A stretch of DNA of 64,000 nucleotides, from positions 23,347 through 87,346 of the forward strand of contig MFQZ01000008.1 of the NCBI GenBank assembly GCA_001784435.1, in the 5' to 3' direction. A program made the position numbers and the translations under genes. The notes under the pieces were generated by a model, which was given only the letters and a program-made list of their open reading frames with translations, ran no database searches and had not been told where the DNA came from. Each line of letters starts with the position of its first letter. Position 1 is the first letter of the stretch. This document shows positions 1 through 12,859 of this stretch, piece after piece. The DNA is from Candidatus Magasanikbacteria bacterium RIFOXYC2_FULL_42_28. GTDB taxonomy: Bacteria; Patescibacteriota; Patescibacteriia; Magasanikbacterales; GWA2-37-8.

Positions 1-41
1 CCAAACCGGCTGCCAAAATAACCGCGCCCACATTGTTAAAA
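1..41 (-). CDS. 5' end (about 13 codons) of a minus-strand gene running out of the window; the N-terminus MSVDFNNVGAVILAAGL resembles sugar-nucleotidyltransferase N-termini
   Basis: ATG as the reverse complement of 39-41, immediately after the stop of the HAD gene; G-rich VILAAG motif; partial. Confidence 0.3.
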
Positions 42-773
42 TCAACTGACATATTTTTTAAATATTTTTAAAAGTTCAAGCAGGCCGTCGGCAATCACTA
101 TTCTGTCCTCATAATCAGCTCTTAAATTTGCCATAACTTTTTCACCGCTACTACGCTCGTCGCGAGTGTCGCGCCTTAAAAAAACCACTAAGTCATTAAA
201 CGCCAAAAGCAATTCGGCCGATTCATCCGCGCGGTCATTAAATAACACCGTATTTTTGCCGGTAAAATCTGCGCCAAACAGCGCGCGCAAGGCCTCGGCC
301 TTACCACCATTTTCTTTAACCGTAAACACCGTATTTTTATCACTAAAAATTTTATCAATTTTAACCCAACGCATTTTTTCCAACTGCCAATCACGCACGC
401 CCAAACTTAACAGATAATAATTTAATTTTTTTTGCTGACAAAATTCCAATAATTCGCGCGCCCCTGAAAGCAACAAACCCGCACCCTTTTTCTGAATTTC
501 ACCCACCACCGCGCCCGTCGCGATTTCGTCAATGTTTCTGCCTTCGACCTGACAACGACGACGAACCTCATCAACATAACGCGCTAAGGTAATAGCGATA
601 ATTCCATCCTGTTCATTACGCGCGGCCGAATAAAACGCGCGCGACTGTTCGTCCGAAAAACCATTCGCCTGGGCAATGGCGCGAAACAAAAATTTCAATT
701 GCATGGCGTCAAACAGCGTATTATCAAAATCAAACACCACTGTTGGTTTTTTACCAATTAAATTCTTTGCCAT
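42..773 (-). CDS. HAD-superfamily hydrolase
   Basis: N-terminal VVFDFDNTLFD (DxDxT HAD motif I); full ORF of 243 aa. Confidence 0.6.
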   Translation of the reverse strand: MAKNLIGKKPTVVFDFDNTLFDAMQLKFLFRAIAQANGFSDEQSRAFYSAARNEQDGIIAITLARYVDEVRRRCQVEGRNIDEIATGAVVGEIQKKGAGLLLSGARELLEFCQQKKLNYYLLSLGVRDWQLEKMRWVKIDKIFSDKNTVFTVKENGGKAEALRALFGADFTGKNTVLFNDRADESAELLLAFNDLVVFLRRDTRDERSSGEKVMANLRADYEDRIVIADGLLELLKIFKKYVS

Positions 774-1489
774 AAAGCATCAAATAATTTTTTTTGAGTT
801 TCAAACACGCCCGCGTTTTCAATTACCACGCCCCACGGATCGCCTTTGGCGTCCAAAGAAATATAAGCCACATGTCCGGGATAAATAATAATATAGGTGC
901 CGTGATCACCGCCCGCGAGCCACTTGCGTTCGTCCAAACCACGCAACTGTCCGCCCTCGCCCAAAGCAATTACTTTTACGGCCACGCTTTTGCCAATGCG
1001 CGCATCCGAAAATGTCGGCCAATTGTCGTACAAAAATTTCCGCACGCCTTCGGCGGAAAAAATCCGATAAGTTTTTTCAGCATCTTCCGCGCAAACATCC
1101 AGCACCTCTTCTAAAATTTTATTAATTTCATCTTTTTCAAAATACCGGGCAATTGGTCGCGCGCCCCCGCGGTTATATAGCGCCTCTAATTCCGTAGTCA
1201 TTTGCGCCAAACGTGTTTCTGTTTCTCGCCACGCGGACTGCTCTTCGCGCGCCAAACGAACCAAACGCTCCGGCGGTGTTGCCACAAACGACTGGCGCGT
1301 ATCTTTTTTATAAAATTCCACGAGCCCTTTTTGTTCCAGCCAATTTAAGGCCTCATAAACCGTACCCCGATTAAGCCCACAGGAATCAGCTAAATCACGC
1401 ACTGATGACGGGCCCAAACTTAATAATGCCAAATATACTTTGGAAAATTTGTCAGAAAAACCTAATTTTTTAAAAATCTCAATATCCAT
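758..1489 (-). CDS. TrmB-family (sugar-responsive) transcriptional regulator, wHTH plus C-terminal sensor domain
   Basis: N-terminal FSDKFSKVYLALLSLGPSSVRDLADSCGLNRGTVYEAL wHTH typical of TrmB; paralog at 46663-47397. Confidence 0.5.
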   Translation of the reverse strand: MDIEIFKKLGFSDKFSKVYLALLSLGPSSVRDLADSCGLNRGTVYEALNWLEQKGLVEFYKKDTRQSFVATPPERLVRLAREEQSAWRETETRLAQMTTELEALYNRGGARPIARYFEKDEINKILEEVLDVCAEDAEKTYRIFSAEGVRKFLYDNWPTFSDARIGKSVAVKVIALGEGGQLRGLDERKWLAGGDHGTYIIIYPGHVAYISLDAKGDPWGVVIENAGVFETQKKLFDALWQRI

Positions 1490-1578
1490 ATTTTGGCTAA
1501 TATTAGTATAATACTAAATAAAAAAACTGTCAACTTTTTGCTGACAGTTTCTGTGGATAACTACTAAATTTGGCTAAC

Positions 1579-2112
1579 TTACGCGATTTTAGCACGCGGA
1601 TCAATAACATTATTACGCAGTTCCTTCCAAGGATAGACCGGCCAGGCCTCAATTTCCCGACCGGAATAATCAGGGGTAAATTCTGACCAAGGTTGTTTGT
1701 AAAGCACGGCATAACGGACCTCTTGCGGTTGTTTCATATCCATATACGACTTCATCATTTTTAAAGTCGAACCCGACACGGCCATTTCATCCACCACCAA
1801 TATTTTTAACCCGCGCACATCTTTGGTTAATTCTTGGGTAATCACCGGTCGCTCCATTAAATCCTGTTCCTTACCATCTTGTTGAGTTTTGGAAAAATCA
1901 ATCTTAACAACATACAACTGTTTATTACCCAAAGTGTAAGCGATAAGCGCGGCGGGGATAAGACCAGAACGCGCGATTGACACTATCAAATCCGGCTCAA
2001 AATTATCGTGTTTCATGTCATCAATAATTTTTAACGTATCCTTTTCCACATCCTCCCAACTCAAACGTAATGTCCCAACATTCTTTTTATACAAATCAAT
2101 TGGTTTTGCCAT
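1579..2112 (-). CDS. phosphoribosyltransferase (purine/xanthine PRTase-like)
   Basis: PRPP-binding motif ILVVDEMAVSGSTL; start taken at MAKPIDLY, internal to the listed ORF. Confidence 0.6.
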   Translation of the reverse strand: MAKPIDLYKKNVGTLRLSWEDVEKDTLKIIDDMKHDNFEPDLIVSIARSGLIPAALIAYTLGNKQLYVVKIDFSKTQQDGKEQDLMERPVITQELTKDVRGLKILVVDEMAVSGSTLKMMKSYMDMKQPQEVRYAVLYKQPWSEFTPDYSGREIEAWPVYPWKELRNNVIDPRAKIA

Positions 2113-2169
2113 AGTAAATATGAAATACAAAGCTCGATTCCAAAACCGAGCTAATAAATAACAATTATA

Positions 2170-3009
2170 TTATAATCCCAACGCGATTTTCTTGATTTCC
2201 ACAAATCGTGGCTTCGCAATATTGTACAAAAAATTTTGCTTTTCGTCAATAGTTTTATAATCGCCAATCTCCTGCCAAATCGCCCGACCGGCCAAGAAAC
2301 CTTTACACCCAGCGGTCATTGCTTTTTTTAAATTATCTCTAAACACGTCGTATGAACCGCCGCCGGTCAAAAGTATCCACGGAATCGTCCCAAGCTTTTC
2401 GGTTATCCGCGCGCAAGCAGAATCATCACCTTCTGGATATTCTATCTTAAACACATCAGGTAAAATCCCGGCTTTTAAAAACATATCAACCGATCTTTCT
2501 ACCCACTCTCCCCGAGTCGCGCCAACCTCTTGGTAGCCATAAGTAACAATTTCAAAAAATAATGGCAATCCACTCGCGTGACTGTCGGCTAACGCTTCAC
2601 GCACAACATTCATTTGCTCTTTGACATTATCCGCTTCAGGATTAAAATATATTAATAATTTAGTTCCGCTCGCGCCCAGTTTTTTTAATTCTGCTGATTT
2701 ATATTCTAAAATAGTCAGCCGTCCTTGGTCAGTATTGGTATAACCGCTTTTTTCTAAACACAGCAAATACGGTTTGGTACGATTTTGATAGGCCGGCAAA
2801 CCCACTTCCGGATCCAATAACAGCCCGCTGCATTCGGAAGCGAAAACACCAATCACCAATTCCTTGGCGATAAGCGCTTCGTCGGCGCTGACTAATTCCG
2901 GATGCGCCGGGTTTAAAATTTTATTAAAACCTTGACGGTGGTCAAACGCCAGCATTAAATATTTATCGCTTTGGGTAAAAATTACTTTATTCATATTTTG
3001 CCATCCCAC
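2170..3009 (-). CDS. class I aldolase of the DeoC/LacD family (putative fructose-/tagatose-bisphosphate aldolase)
   Basis: LMLAFDHRQG motif and overall TIM-barrel aldolase-like profile; 279 aa. Confidence 0.5.
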   Translation of the reverse strand: MGWQNMNKVIFTQSDKYLMLAFDHRQGFNKILNPAHPELVSADEALIAKELVIGVFASECSGLLLDPEVGLPAYQNRTKPYLLCLEKSGYTNTDQGRLTILEYKSAELKKLGASGTKLLIYFNPEADNVKEQMNVVREALADSHASGLPLFFEIVTYGYQEVGATRGEWVERSVDMFLKAGILPDVFKIEYPEGDDSACARITEKLGTIPWILLTGGGSYDVFRDNLKKAMTAGCKGFLAGRAIWQEIGDYKTIDEKQNFLYNIAKPRFVEIKKIALGL

Positions 3010-3644
3010 TCGCGCAAGAATTGATCTAAATAAATTTTGGTAAATTGGACTTTTTCCTTGGCCATCTTTTTCGCGGTCTCGGTATTCATCATTTCAGATA
3101 ATTTCAAAATCTTTTCATAAAAAAAATTAATGCTGGTGCCTTCGATTTTTTTGTGCAAATAGACAACGCGGGGCAAACGTTTACGTGGTCGACGATCCGG
3201 ATCGTGAATAATGCGTTTCAAACGTCCGCCCGTCGCGAAAGTGCGAGCGATTCCAATCGCTCCCAAATTTTCCATCCAATCGGCGTCTTGAATTATTTTA
3301 CCTTCCAAAGTGGCCGGTGAAATGGTGTCGTCGCCGACAAACATGCTATCTTCCACGATCGTAATAATTTTTTTTTGAAAATCAGCGGGAATTTCTAAAA
3401 CATCCATCATCCCACGCAACACTAAAATGCCTTTTTGCTCATCAAACTCCAACTGCTTGTAATCACCTAAATCATGAAGTAACGCCGCTAATTCCACCAA
3501 TTCCAAATCGCCACCCTCAACCGCTTGAATTTTTTTGGCTGTTTCCCAAACACGTTTAACATGCCAATAATCATGGCCGGTGGGCTCATTGGCCAGTTGT
3601 TTTTTTACAAAAGCCAAAGTTTTTTTGACTAATTCTGTAGGCAT
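2991..3644 (-). CDS. HD-domain phosphohydrolase
   Basis: HDYWHVKRV ... LLHDLGD HD motif. Confidence 0.6.
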   Translation of the reverse strand: MPTELVKKTLAFVKKQLANEPTGHDYWHVKRVWETAKKIQAVEGGDLELVELAALLHDLGDYKQLEFDEQKGILVLRGMMDVLEIPADFQKKIITIVEDSMFVGDDTISPATLEGKIIQDADWMENLGAIGIARTFATGGRLKRIIHDPDRRPRKRLPRVVYLHKKIEGTSINFFYEKILKLSEMMNTETAKKMAKEKVQFTKIYLDQFLREWDGKI

Positions 3645-3723
3645 AGTTATTTAGTTTGCTCAATAATTATAACACGCCGCTGACATTCTGACAACTAATT
3701 TTTGCAATTAAAAAAGAGCCAAT

Positions 3724-3830
<107 letters not shown>

Positions 3831-3904
3831 AATATTGACTCTTTTTGGTTTAATTTGCGAATATTCTACGAATAAATAATTGGGTGCGGAACAATTCAAG
3901 CACA

Positions 3905-6890
<2,986 letters not shown>

Positions 6891-7140
6891 ACGAAAACAC
6901 TAAATAGTGCTTTCGCCTACAATTTAAAATTGCTTACCTACCCTATTATTTTATTCGTTGAATTTTTGAATTGTCAAAGTTCAGTCAGATCATTCGCAAG
7001 TATGTTACGAAATATTTTTCGCCTCATGCTTGCGCTTGCCTGAATTTTTTTCTTGTGGATTACACCGGCTCTGCCGGCGTTAAAAATTACCGCAAAATTT
7101 ATTTCGCCTTGGCTCGTAAATTTTGTTAATTTTTAAAAAA

Positions 7141-7165
7141 AGAACCGCTCTATTCAAGCGGTTCT
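7141..7165. terminator. hairpin AGAACCGCTCTATTCAAGCGGTTCT flanked by an A-run and a T/A-rich run; likely bidirectional terminator between tal and the rRNA promoter region
   Basis: perfect 9-bp stem seen directly. Confidence 0.4.
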
Positions 7166-7420
7166 TATAAAATACAGAAAAAGAATTCTGCTTTTAACCG
7201 CTTGGATATTTTGAGTAAGAATTAGAGATCAGTAACATGATGGTGTTAGATTCTTTTCCCGACTTAGTCGGGACTTACCCAGAGGTCCAAGCGAACGTTA
7301 GTTCAAGTCTTGTGGACGTGGTCCCGATTTATCGGGAAGTTAACGCACAGGCGATTATACAATAAATACAAAAAGCTGTCAAGGGAGGGTTGTGGATAAC
7401 CTGTATACAAATTGTATCCA

Positions 7421-8065
7421 CTACTTTTTGGCCTTTTCCCAGTCGGCCAAAAACTTGGTAATACCGGCATCGGTGAGCGGATGCTTAGTCATTTGTTCCA
7501 ATATTTTAAAGGGAATAGTAGCAATGTGCGCGCCTAAAATGGCCGCCTGTTTGGCATGCTCCAAACTACGCACTGAAGCCACAATTATCTGCGATTCATA
7601 ATTATAATTTTTTAATAAAACCACGGACTCGGCGATCATTTTCATACCGTCTTCACCGGCATCATCTAACCGTCCCACAAACGGACTAATAAAACTCGCG
7701 CCCGCTTTCGCGCACAGCAAAACCTGATTAACCGAAAACACCAAAGTAACATTTACTTTAATACCTTGGCCTTCTAAAATTTTTGTCGCTTTCAAACCGT
7801 CGGGCGTACAAGGAACTTTGACAATCACATTTTTGTGCCAAGCCGAAAATACATTCCCTTCTGCTACCATTTTGTCCGCCTCTAAACTAATCACCTCGGC
7901 CGAAACCGGCCCATCCACAATTTCACAAATCTCTAAAACTGTTTGTTTAAAATCCCGACCTTCTCGGGCGACGAGCGACGGATTGGTGGTAACGCCGTCT
8001 AAAATCCCCCAGCTGGCGGCGGTTTTAATTTCTGCTACATTGGCGGTGTCTAGAAAAATTTTCAT
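7421..8065 (-). CDS. tal: transaldolase / fructose-6-phosphate aldolase (short TalC/FsaA type)
   Basis: [10 protein letters not shown]...VTTNPSL...KVP motifs; 214 aa. Confidence 0.8.
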   Translation of the reverse strand: MKIFLDTANVAEIKTAASWGILDGVTTNPSLVAREGRDFKQTVLEICEIVDGPVSAEVISLEADKMVAEGNVFSAWHKNVIVKVPCTPDGLKATKILEGQGIKVNVTLVFSVNQVLLCAKAGASFISPFVGRLDDAGEDGMKMIAESVVLLKNYNYESQIIVASVRSLEHAKQAAILGAHIATIPFKILEQMTKHPLTDAGITKFLADWEKAKK

Positions 8066-8155
8066 ATAATTTAAATTATTAACAACCTTAATTTAGCACA
8101 CTCTTTACATTTTAACAAGAAGGCGATAAAATATAGGCGTAAATTATTAAATTTT

Positions 8156-9256
8156 ATGTCCAAAACCAAATTTCAAAAACTATCTCCGGGCTTGCGCAAA
8201 TTTATTGTCCCCGAAACCAAACCGGCTTCGGCCGGCGGTTTAAACGCGCGCCTAAAAAATGTTAAGTCGCCGGTATCCGCTTTTGCCGAAACCACTTTGA
8301 ACCATTGCAACGGCGGCTCCACCATGCAGGCCGCTCTGTGGCTCAAAAATCACCTGGATAATGGGGGCAAACTAATGGTAACTTTGGCCGGTGCTTTGAG
8401 TTCGTTCCAAGTCGGCATTATGCTCGCCGAACTTATTCGCCAAGGCAAAGTCCATTTGGTTTCGGCCACCGGCGCTAATCACGAAGAATCATACTATCGC
8501 TATGTCGCCCATTCTCATTATGCCTATATCCCCCGCTATACCGAATTAACCCCGGAGCAAGAAGCGGAATTACGCGATACCGGTTTGCGCCGAATTACCG
8601 ACACTTTCTTACCGGAAGATGAAAGTGTGCGTATTATGGAACCACATTTGTTAAAGATGTGGAAAGAGGCGGAAAAAAACGGCAAAAGTTATTTACCGCA
8701 CGAATATTTCCGTAGATTATTTTCCGAAAAATTAATTTCACCTGACCCACAGGCCAACCCAGATGATTGCTGGGCGTATGCCGCGTATCAAAAAAATATC
8801 CCGATTGTGGTGCCGGGTTTTGAGGATTCTACGATGGGCAATATTTTCGCGAGTTATACTTATAACGGAGCGCACAAGAAAAAAGGCAACACCAGCGTGA
8901 GCCCAAACGTGATGAAATCCGGTTTGGATTATTTCCATCTGATGTATGATTGGTATATGAAAGAATCCCAAGACGCGCCGATTGCTTTCTTGCAATTAGG
9001 TGGTGGAATTTCGGCTGACTTTCCAATTTGCGTAGTGCCATCACTTAAACACGATCTGAAATTGAAAAAAGTCCGCGATTGGGCTGGATTTGTGGAAATT
9101 GGTTCGTCGCCGATGTCCTACGGCTCATATTCCGGCGCTGGCGGTAAAGAAAAAATCACCTGGGACAAATTATCAACCGAAAGTTATTATCAAATTATCC
9201 AAAGCGATGTGACAGTGGCTTTCCCTTGGATCGCGGCGGTGCTGTTGGGGTTGTAG
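8156..9256 (+). CDS. deoxyhypusine synthase-like protein
   Basis: 366 aa; LVSATGANHEES resembles the DHS-family TAGGxEED region; call from memory of the family, not verified. Confidence 0.45.
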   Translation: MSKTKFQKLSPGLRKFIVPETKPASAGGLNARLKNVKSPVSAFAETTLNHCNGGSTMQAALWLKNHLDNGGKLMVTLAGALSSFQVGIMLAELIRQGKVHLVSATGANHEESYYRYVAHSHYAYIPRYTELTPEQEAELRDTGLRRITDTFLPEDESVRIMEPHLLKMWKEAEKNGKSYLPHEYFRRLFSEKLISPDPQANPDDCWAYAAYQKNIPIVVPGFEDSTMGNIFASYTYNGAHKKKGNTSVSPNVMKSGLDYFHLMYDWYMKESQDAPIAFLQLGGGISADFPICVVPSLKHDLKLKKVRDWAGFVEIGSSPMSYGSYSGAGGKEKITWDKLSTESYYQIIQSDVTVAFPWIAAVLLGL

Positions 9257-9262
9257 AAATTG

Positions 9263-9345
9263 TGCCGACGGAGAGACTCGAACTCTCAATCCTTTTGAGA
9301 ACATGCTTCTAAGGCATGCGTGTATACCAATTCCACCACGTCGGC
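9263..9345 (-). tRNA. tRNA-Leu (anticodon TAG), long variable arm
   Basis: reverse complement GCCGACG..GTGGAATTGGTAT..ATGCCTTAGAAGCAT..variable arm..TTGAGAGTTCGAGTCTCTCCGTCGGCA folds as a class II tRNA. Confidence 0.75.
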
Positions 9346-9387
9346 TTAATTCACCGATATTTAACCATAAAAACATCCAAAAATCAA

Positions 9388-9418
9388 TAGACGGACCAAA
9401 TTGGCCCGTCTATTTTTT
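9388..9418. terminator. hairpin TAGACGGACCAAATTGGCCCGTCTA with flanking T-runs; terminator downstream of pnp
   Basis: seen directly; one mismatch in the stem. Confidence 0.4.
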
Positions 9419-9423
9419 ATCTC

Positions 9424-11637
9424 TTAGAATTTTCGTCCTCCGCCACCATGTCCACCACCGCCAAATCCACCACTACGTGGCGGACGGCGTTCAAATGGCG
9501 GTGGTTCTACAAAACCTTCTGGTTTTGGTATGAGCGCTTTCATGCTCAAATTAATCCGGCCTAAATTATCAACTTCTTTGACAACTACTTTTACTTTGTC
9601 GCCAATTTTCATCACATCGCGTGGGCTGTTGGTGCGACTCCAAGCAATATCAGAAACATGCACCATACCATCTTTACCCGGGACAATTTCCACAAACGCG
9701 CCAAAATCTTCAATGCGCACCACCGTGCCTTCAAATTGTTCGCCCGGCATCGGGTCGTGCGTTAAATCATGAATCCATTTCTTGGCTTTTAACATTCCTT
9801 CGGGTTCATGGGAAGTGATAAACACCGAACCATCTTGCTCAATGTCAATATCCACGCCGGTCTCGGCGATGATTTTGTTAATCATTTTTCCGCCCGGACC
9901 GATGACATCGCGGATCTTTTCCGGATCAATCATCATGATTTCAATACGTGGCGCGTATTTGGATAAATCCGCGCGCGGAGTGGAAATAATTTTTTCCATT
10001 GCGGTTAAAATTTCCAAACGTGCGGCTTTTGATTTGGTAAATGTCTCTTGCACAATTTCCCAACTCAAACCGGTGGTCTTGGTATCCATTTGGATAGCCG
10101 TAATACCATCGCGGGTGCCGGTAATTTTGAAATCCATACCGCCCGGTCCATCTTCTACATCTTGTAAATCCGTTAAAATTTTGTAACGGCCTTTTTCGTC
10201 GCTCGCTAATCCCATGGCAATTCCGCCCACCATTTTTTTAATTGGTACGCCAGCGTCCATTAAGGATAAAGTGGAGCCACAGGTAGAAGCCATGGAAGAC
10301 GAACCGTTTGAACCCAAAACCTCGGACACAACACGCATAGCATAAGGAAATGTCTTTTGATCAGGTAAAACCGGCTCTAACGCACGCTCTGCCAAGGCAC
10401 CGTGGCCAATGGAACGGTTGCCAGCGCCTCGAAGTGGCCCGGCCTCACCATAAGTGGCTGGGGTGTCATTGTAGTGGTGCATGTAGCGTTTGGTGCTGTC
10501 TTCGGACATCGTATCAATCGTTTGCACATCACCCGGCGCGCCCAAAGTAACAACCGACAACACTTGCGTATCGCCGCGTTGGAACAAACCGGAACCATGC
10601 GTGCGTGGCAATAATCCCACACCGATATTTAACGGACGAATCTGGTCTAATTTGCGATCGTCTAAACGCTGGCCCTTATCCAAAATTCGCGCGGTAATAA
10701 CTTTTTCTACATAAATTTTTACGCGTCCCAAAATTACTTTAGAAGTGTCGGCATCGGCCTCTTTGGTTTTTAACATTTCCGCGACGGCAGTGGAAAATCG
10801 GCTAATCATTTCCACACGCGCGCGACGATCCGGTTTAGGTGCGTCAAAAACCCAATCATTGGCATGTCCTTTCACAAACGCAATTACTTCGGTTTCAATA
10901 TCGCGTAATTTTTGTTCAGCTTCAGAAACATTTTTGGATAAATCCAATTTCTTTTCACCCACTTCGGCTTGAATTTTTTTAATAAAATTCACGACGGTCG
11001 CGAAATTTTCCGAACCAAATTTAATCGCTTCTAAAATTTCGTTATCGGCGACATCGTTCACGCCGGCTTCCACCATTACCACTTTGCCTTCGGAACCGGC
11101 CACCACCAAATCAAAATCAGATTTTGTACGCTGTTCAACGCTCGGATTCAAAATCAATTTACCATCAATGCGTCCCACGCGAGAAACCGAAATCGGACCA
11201 TCCCACGGCAAATTGGAAATTGATAACGCCACCGAAGCGGCAATCATCGCCGGCACTTGCGGGTCATTTTCACTATCATACGAAAGGGCGGTCAAAATAA
11301 CTTGCACATCGTTACGCAGTCGCTCATCAAACAACGGACGAATCGCACGGTCAACTAAACGACCGGACAAAATCGCGTCCTCGGTCGGACGGCCTTCGCG
11401 TTTGATAAATCGTGAGCCCTTGATTTTTCCGGCCGCGTAAAATTTTTCTTCAAAATTCACCATCAGCGGGAAAAAATCCAAACCCGGACGTAAATTCGGA
11501 CTCATGACAGCGGTTGCTAAAATTACCGTGTCGCCATAGCGCACAGTACAAGAGGCGTTTGTCTGTAAAGCCAAACGACCTGTTTCCACGGTAAGCGTTC
11601 TACCCGCCCACTCGGTGGACCAATTTTTAATATCCAT
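9424..11637 (-). CDS. pnp: polynucleotide phosphorylase with a Gly-rich C-terminal tail
   Basis: two RNase PH domains, KH and S1 domains; 737 aa; classic rpsO-pnp arrangement. Confidence 0.95.
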   Translation of the reverse strand: MDIKNWSTEWAGRTLTVETGRLALQTNASCTVRYGDTVILATAVMSPNLRPGLDFFPLMVNFEEKFYAAGKIKGSRFIKREGRPTEDAILSGRLVDRAIRPLFDERLRNDVQVILTALSYDSENDPQVPAMIAASVALSISNLPWDGPISVSRVGRIDGKLILNPSVEQRTKSDFDLVVAGSEGKVVMVEAGVNDVADNEILEAIKFGSENFATVVNFIKKIQAEVGEKKLDLSKNVSEAEQKLRDIETEVIAFVKGHANDWVFDAPKPDRRARVEMISRFSTAVAEMLKTKEADADTSKVILGRVKIYVEKVITARILDKGQRLDDRKLDQIRPLNIGVGLLPRTHGSGLFQRGDTQVLSVVTLGAPGDVQTIDTMSEDSTKRYMHHYNDTPATYGEAGPLRGAGNRSIGHGALAERALEPVLPDQKTFPYAMRVVSEVLGSNGSSSMASTCGSTLSLMDAGVPIKKMVGGIAMGLASDEKGRYKILTDLQDVEDGPGGMDFKITGTRDGITAIQMDTKTTGLSWEIVQETFTKSKAARLEILTAMEKIISTPRADLSKYAPRIEIMMIDPEKIRDVIGPGGKMINKIIAETGVDIDIEQDGSVFITSHEPEGMLKAKKWIHDLTHDPMPGEQFEGTVVRIEDFGAFVEIVPGKDGMVHVSDIAWSRTNSPRDVMKIGDKVKVVVKEVDNLGRINLSMKALIPKPEGFVEPPPFERRPPRSGGFGGGGHGGGGRKF

Positions 11638-11747
11638 AGGGATACCTTTCCAGAGCTGATTTGAGAGCTACAGACCAAAAAGGTCTATGTGTCCTCAAAC
11701 CAGCAATTAGTTAATAATTATTTTAAATTTATTTTTAGTTTTCTATT

Positions 11748-11824
11748 TGTCATCCCGATGAAAATCGGAATCTCTGTCCAATAGTGATTGCCGTGCGAAG
11801 ATCCCGATTTTCATCGGGATGACA
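11748..11824. repeat. perfect 21-bp inverted repeat TGTCATCCCGATGAAAATCGG / CCGATTTTCATCGGGATGACA around a 35-nt loop, followed by a degenerate GTGCGATGACA tandem; the left arm recurs at 43761-43792
   Basis: seen directly. Confidence 0.6.
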
Positions 11825-11867
11825 GTGACGAGTGCGATGACAATGGCGAGTGCAATGACAAATACAA

Positions 11868-12407
11868 CTATTTTCTAATAATATTTTTAATCAAAAACTT
11901 CCCCTTATCTTCACTCAAATCAATAAAATCGTCAGCCGCTTCTTTCAATTTACCTGACGCTGTTCCGCCAAAGGCCATCACTTCGGCTTGGCAGCCTTGA
12001 TTAAATTTCAAATATTCAACTAATGGTAAATAATCGCCGTCGCCGGAAACCAACACCACCGCGTCTAAACTGGAAGACAAACGAATCGCGTCCACCGTTA
12101 ACCCCACATCCCAATCCGCTTTTTTATCACCACCGTAAAAAATTTGCAACGGGCGTTCTTTGGTCTCAATTCCCAAATTATACAGCGCGTCAAAAAACGG
12201 CTGTTCGTCTTTACTTTCGGTAGAAACAACATAGGCAATCGCCCGAATCAATTTTCGCCCGGCCGTCGCTTCTTTGACAATATTGCCAAAATTAACTTTC
12301 GCGCCAAACAAATTTTTGGCGCTGTAATACATATTTTGGACATCAATAAACACCCCGACCCGTTGGTCGGGGTGTTTTAAAGGATGAGATGACTTATTCG
12401 GTAACAT
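11868..12407 (-). CDS. NYN-domain (LabA-like) protein
   Basis: VGVFIDVQNMYYS and LVSGDGDYLPL motifs. Confidence 0.65.
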   Translation of the reverse strand: MLPNKSSHPLKHPDQRVGVFIDVQNMYYSAKNLFGAKVNFGNIVKEATAGRKLIRAIAYVVSTESKDEQPFFDALYNLGIETKERPLQIFYGGDKKADWDVGLTVDAIRLSSSLDAVVLVSGDGDYLPLVEYLKFNQGCQAEVMAFGGTASGKLKEAADDFIDLSEDKGKFLIKNIIRK

Positions 12408-12753
12408 CTTCTTTAATATTTACGTCTTCTTCTTCGGCTTCCAAGTCAACCACTTCGCCTTTACTACCCGGTTTCAAAACAGCTTTCGGCTGTTTAATTT
12501 TGAGTTTTTTAGTCAATTGTTCGTAACTCTCGGCATTCTCTTTTTTTAAATGCTTCATCAAACGACGGCGCGCGCTTACTTTGCGCAGTAACCCCCGACG
12601 AGAAGAGTGATCTTTGGGGTGTAGTTTCAAATGCCCGATTAATTCATCAATTTCCGCAGTCAAAATGGCAATTTGTACCTCGCTACTGCCAGTATCCCCT
12701 TCGTGGGTCTGGTATTTCTTAATGACGGCCTGCTTTTTCTTGGTATTTAACAT
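12394..12753 (-). CDS. rpsO: 30S ribosomal protein S15 with an acidic C-terminal extension
   Basis: S15 core (HEGDTGSSEVQIAILTAEI...HLK.H.KDHSSRRGLL); 14-nt overlap with the downstream NYN gene. Confidence 0.9.
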   Translation of the reverse strand: MLNTKKKQAVIKKYQTHEGDTGSSEVQIAILTAEIDELIGHLKLHPKDHSSRRGLLRKVSARRRLMKHLKKENAESYEQLTKKLKIKQPKAVLKPGSKGEVVDLEAEEEDVNIKEDVTE

Positions 12754-12859
12754 ACATGCGTATTAGTTACCGCCGGTGTCGGAGCATGTTCCTAACCGTT
12801 CGGTCCCGACTAAGTCGGGATATTTAATGGGGTTATGATAGCAGAATATTAAAAATTTG

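Noticed and set aside
9530-11440. Plus-strand ORFs (66-134 aa) overlapping pnp
   Set aside because: They are antisense to a well-supported 737-aa pnp gene, with low-complexity translations. They are frame artefacts.
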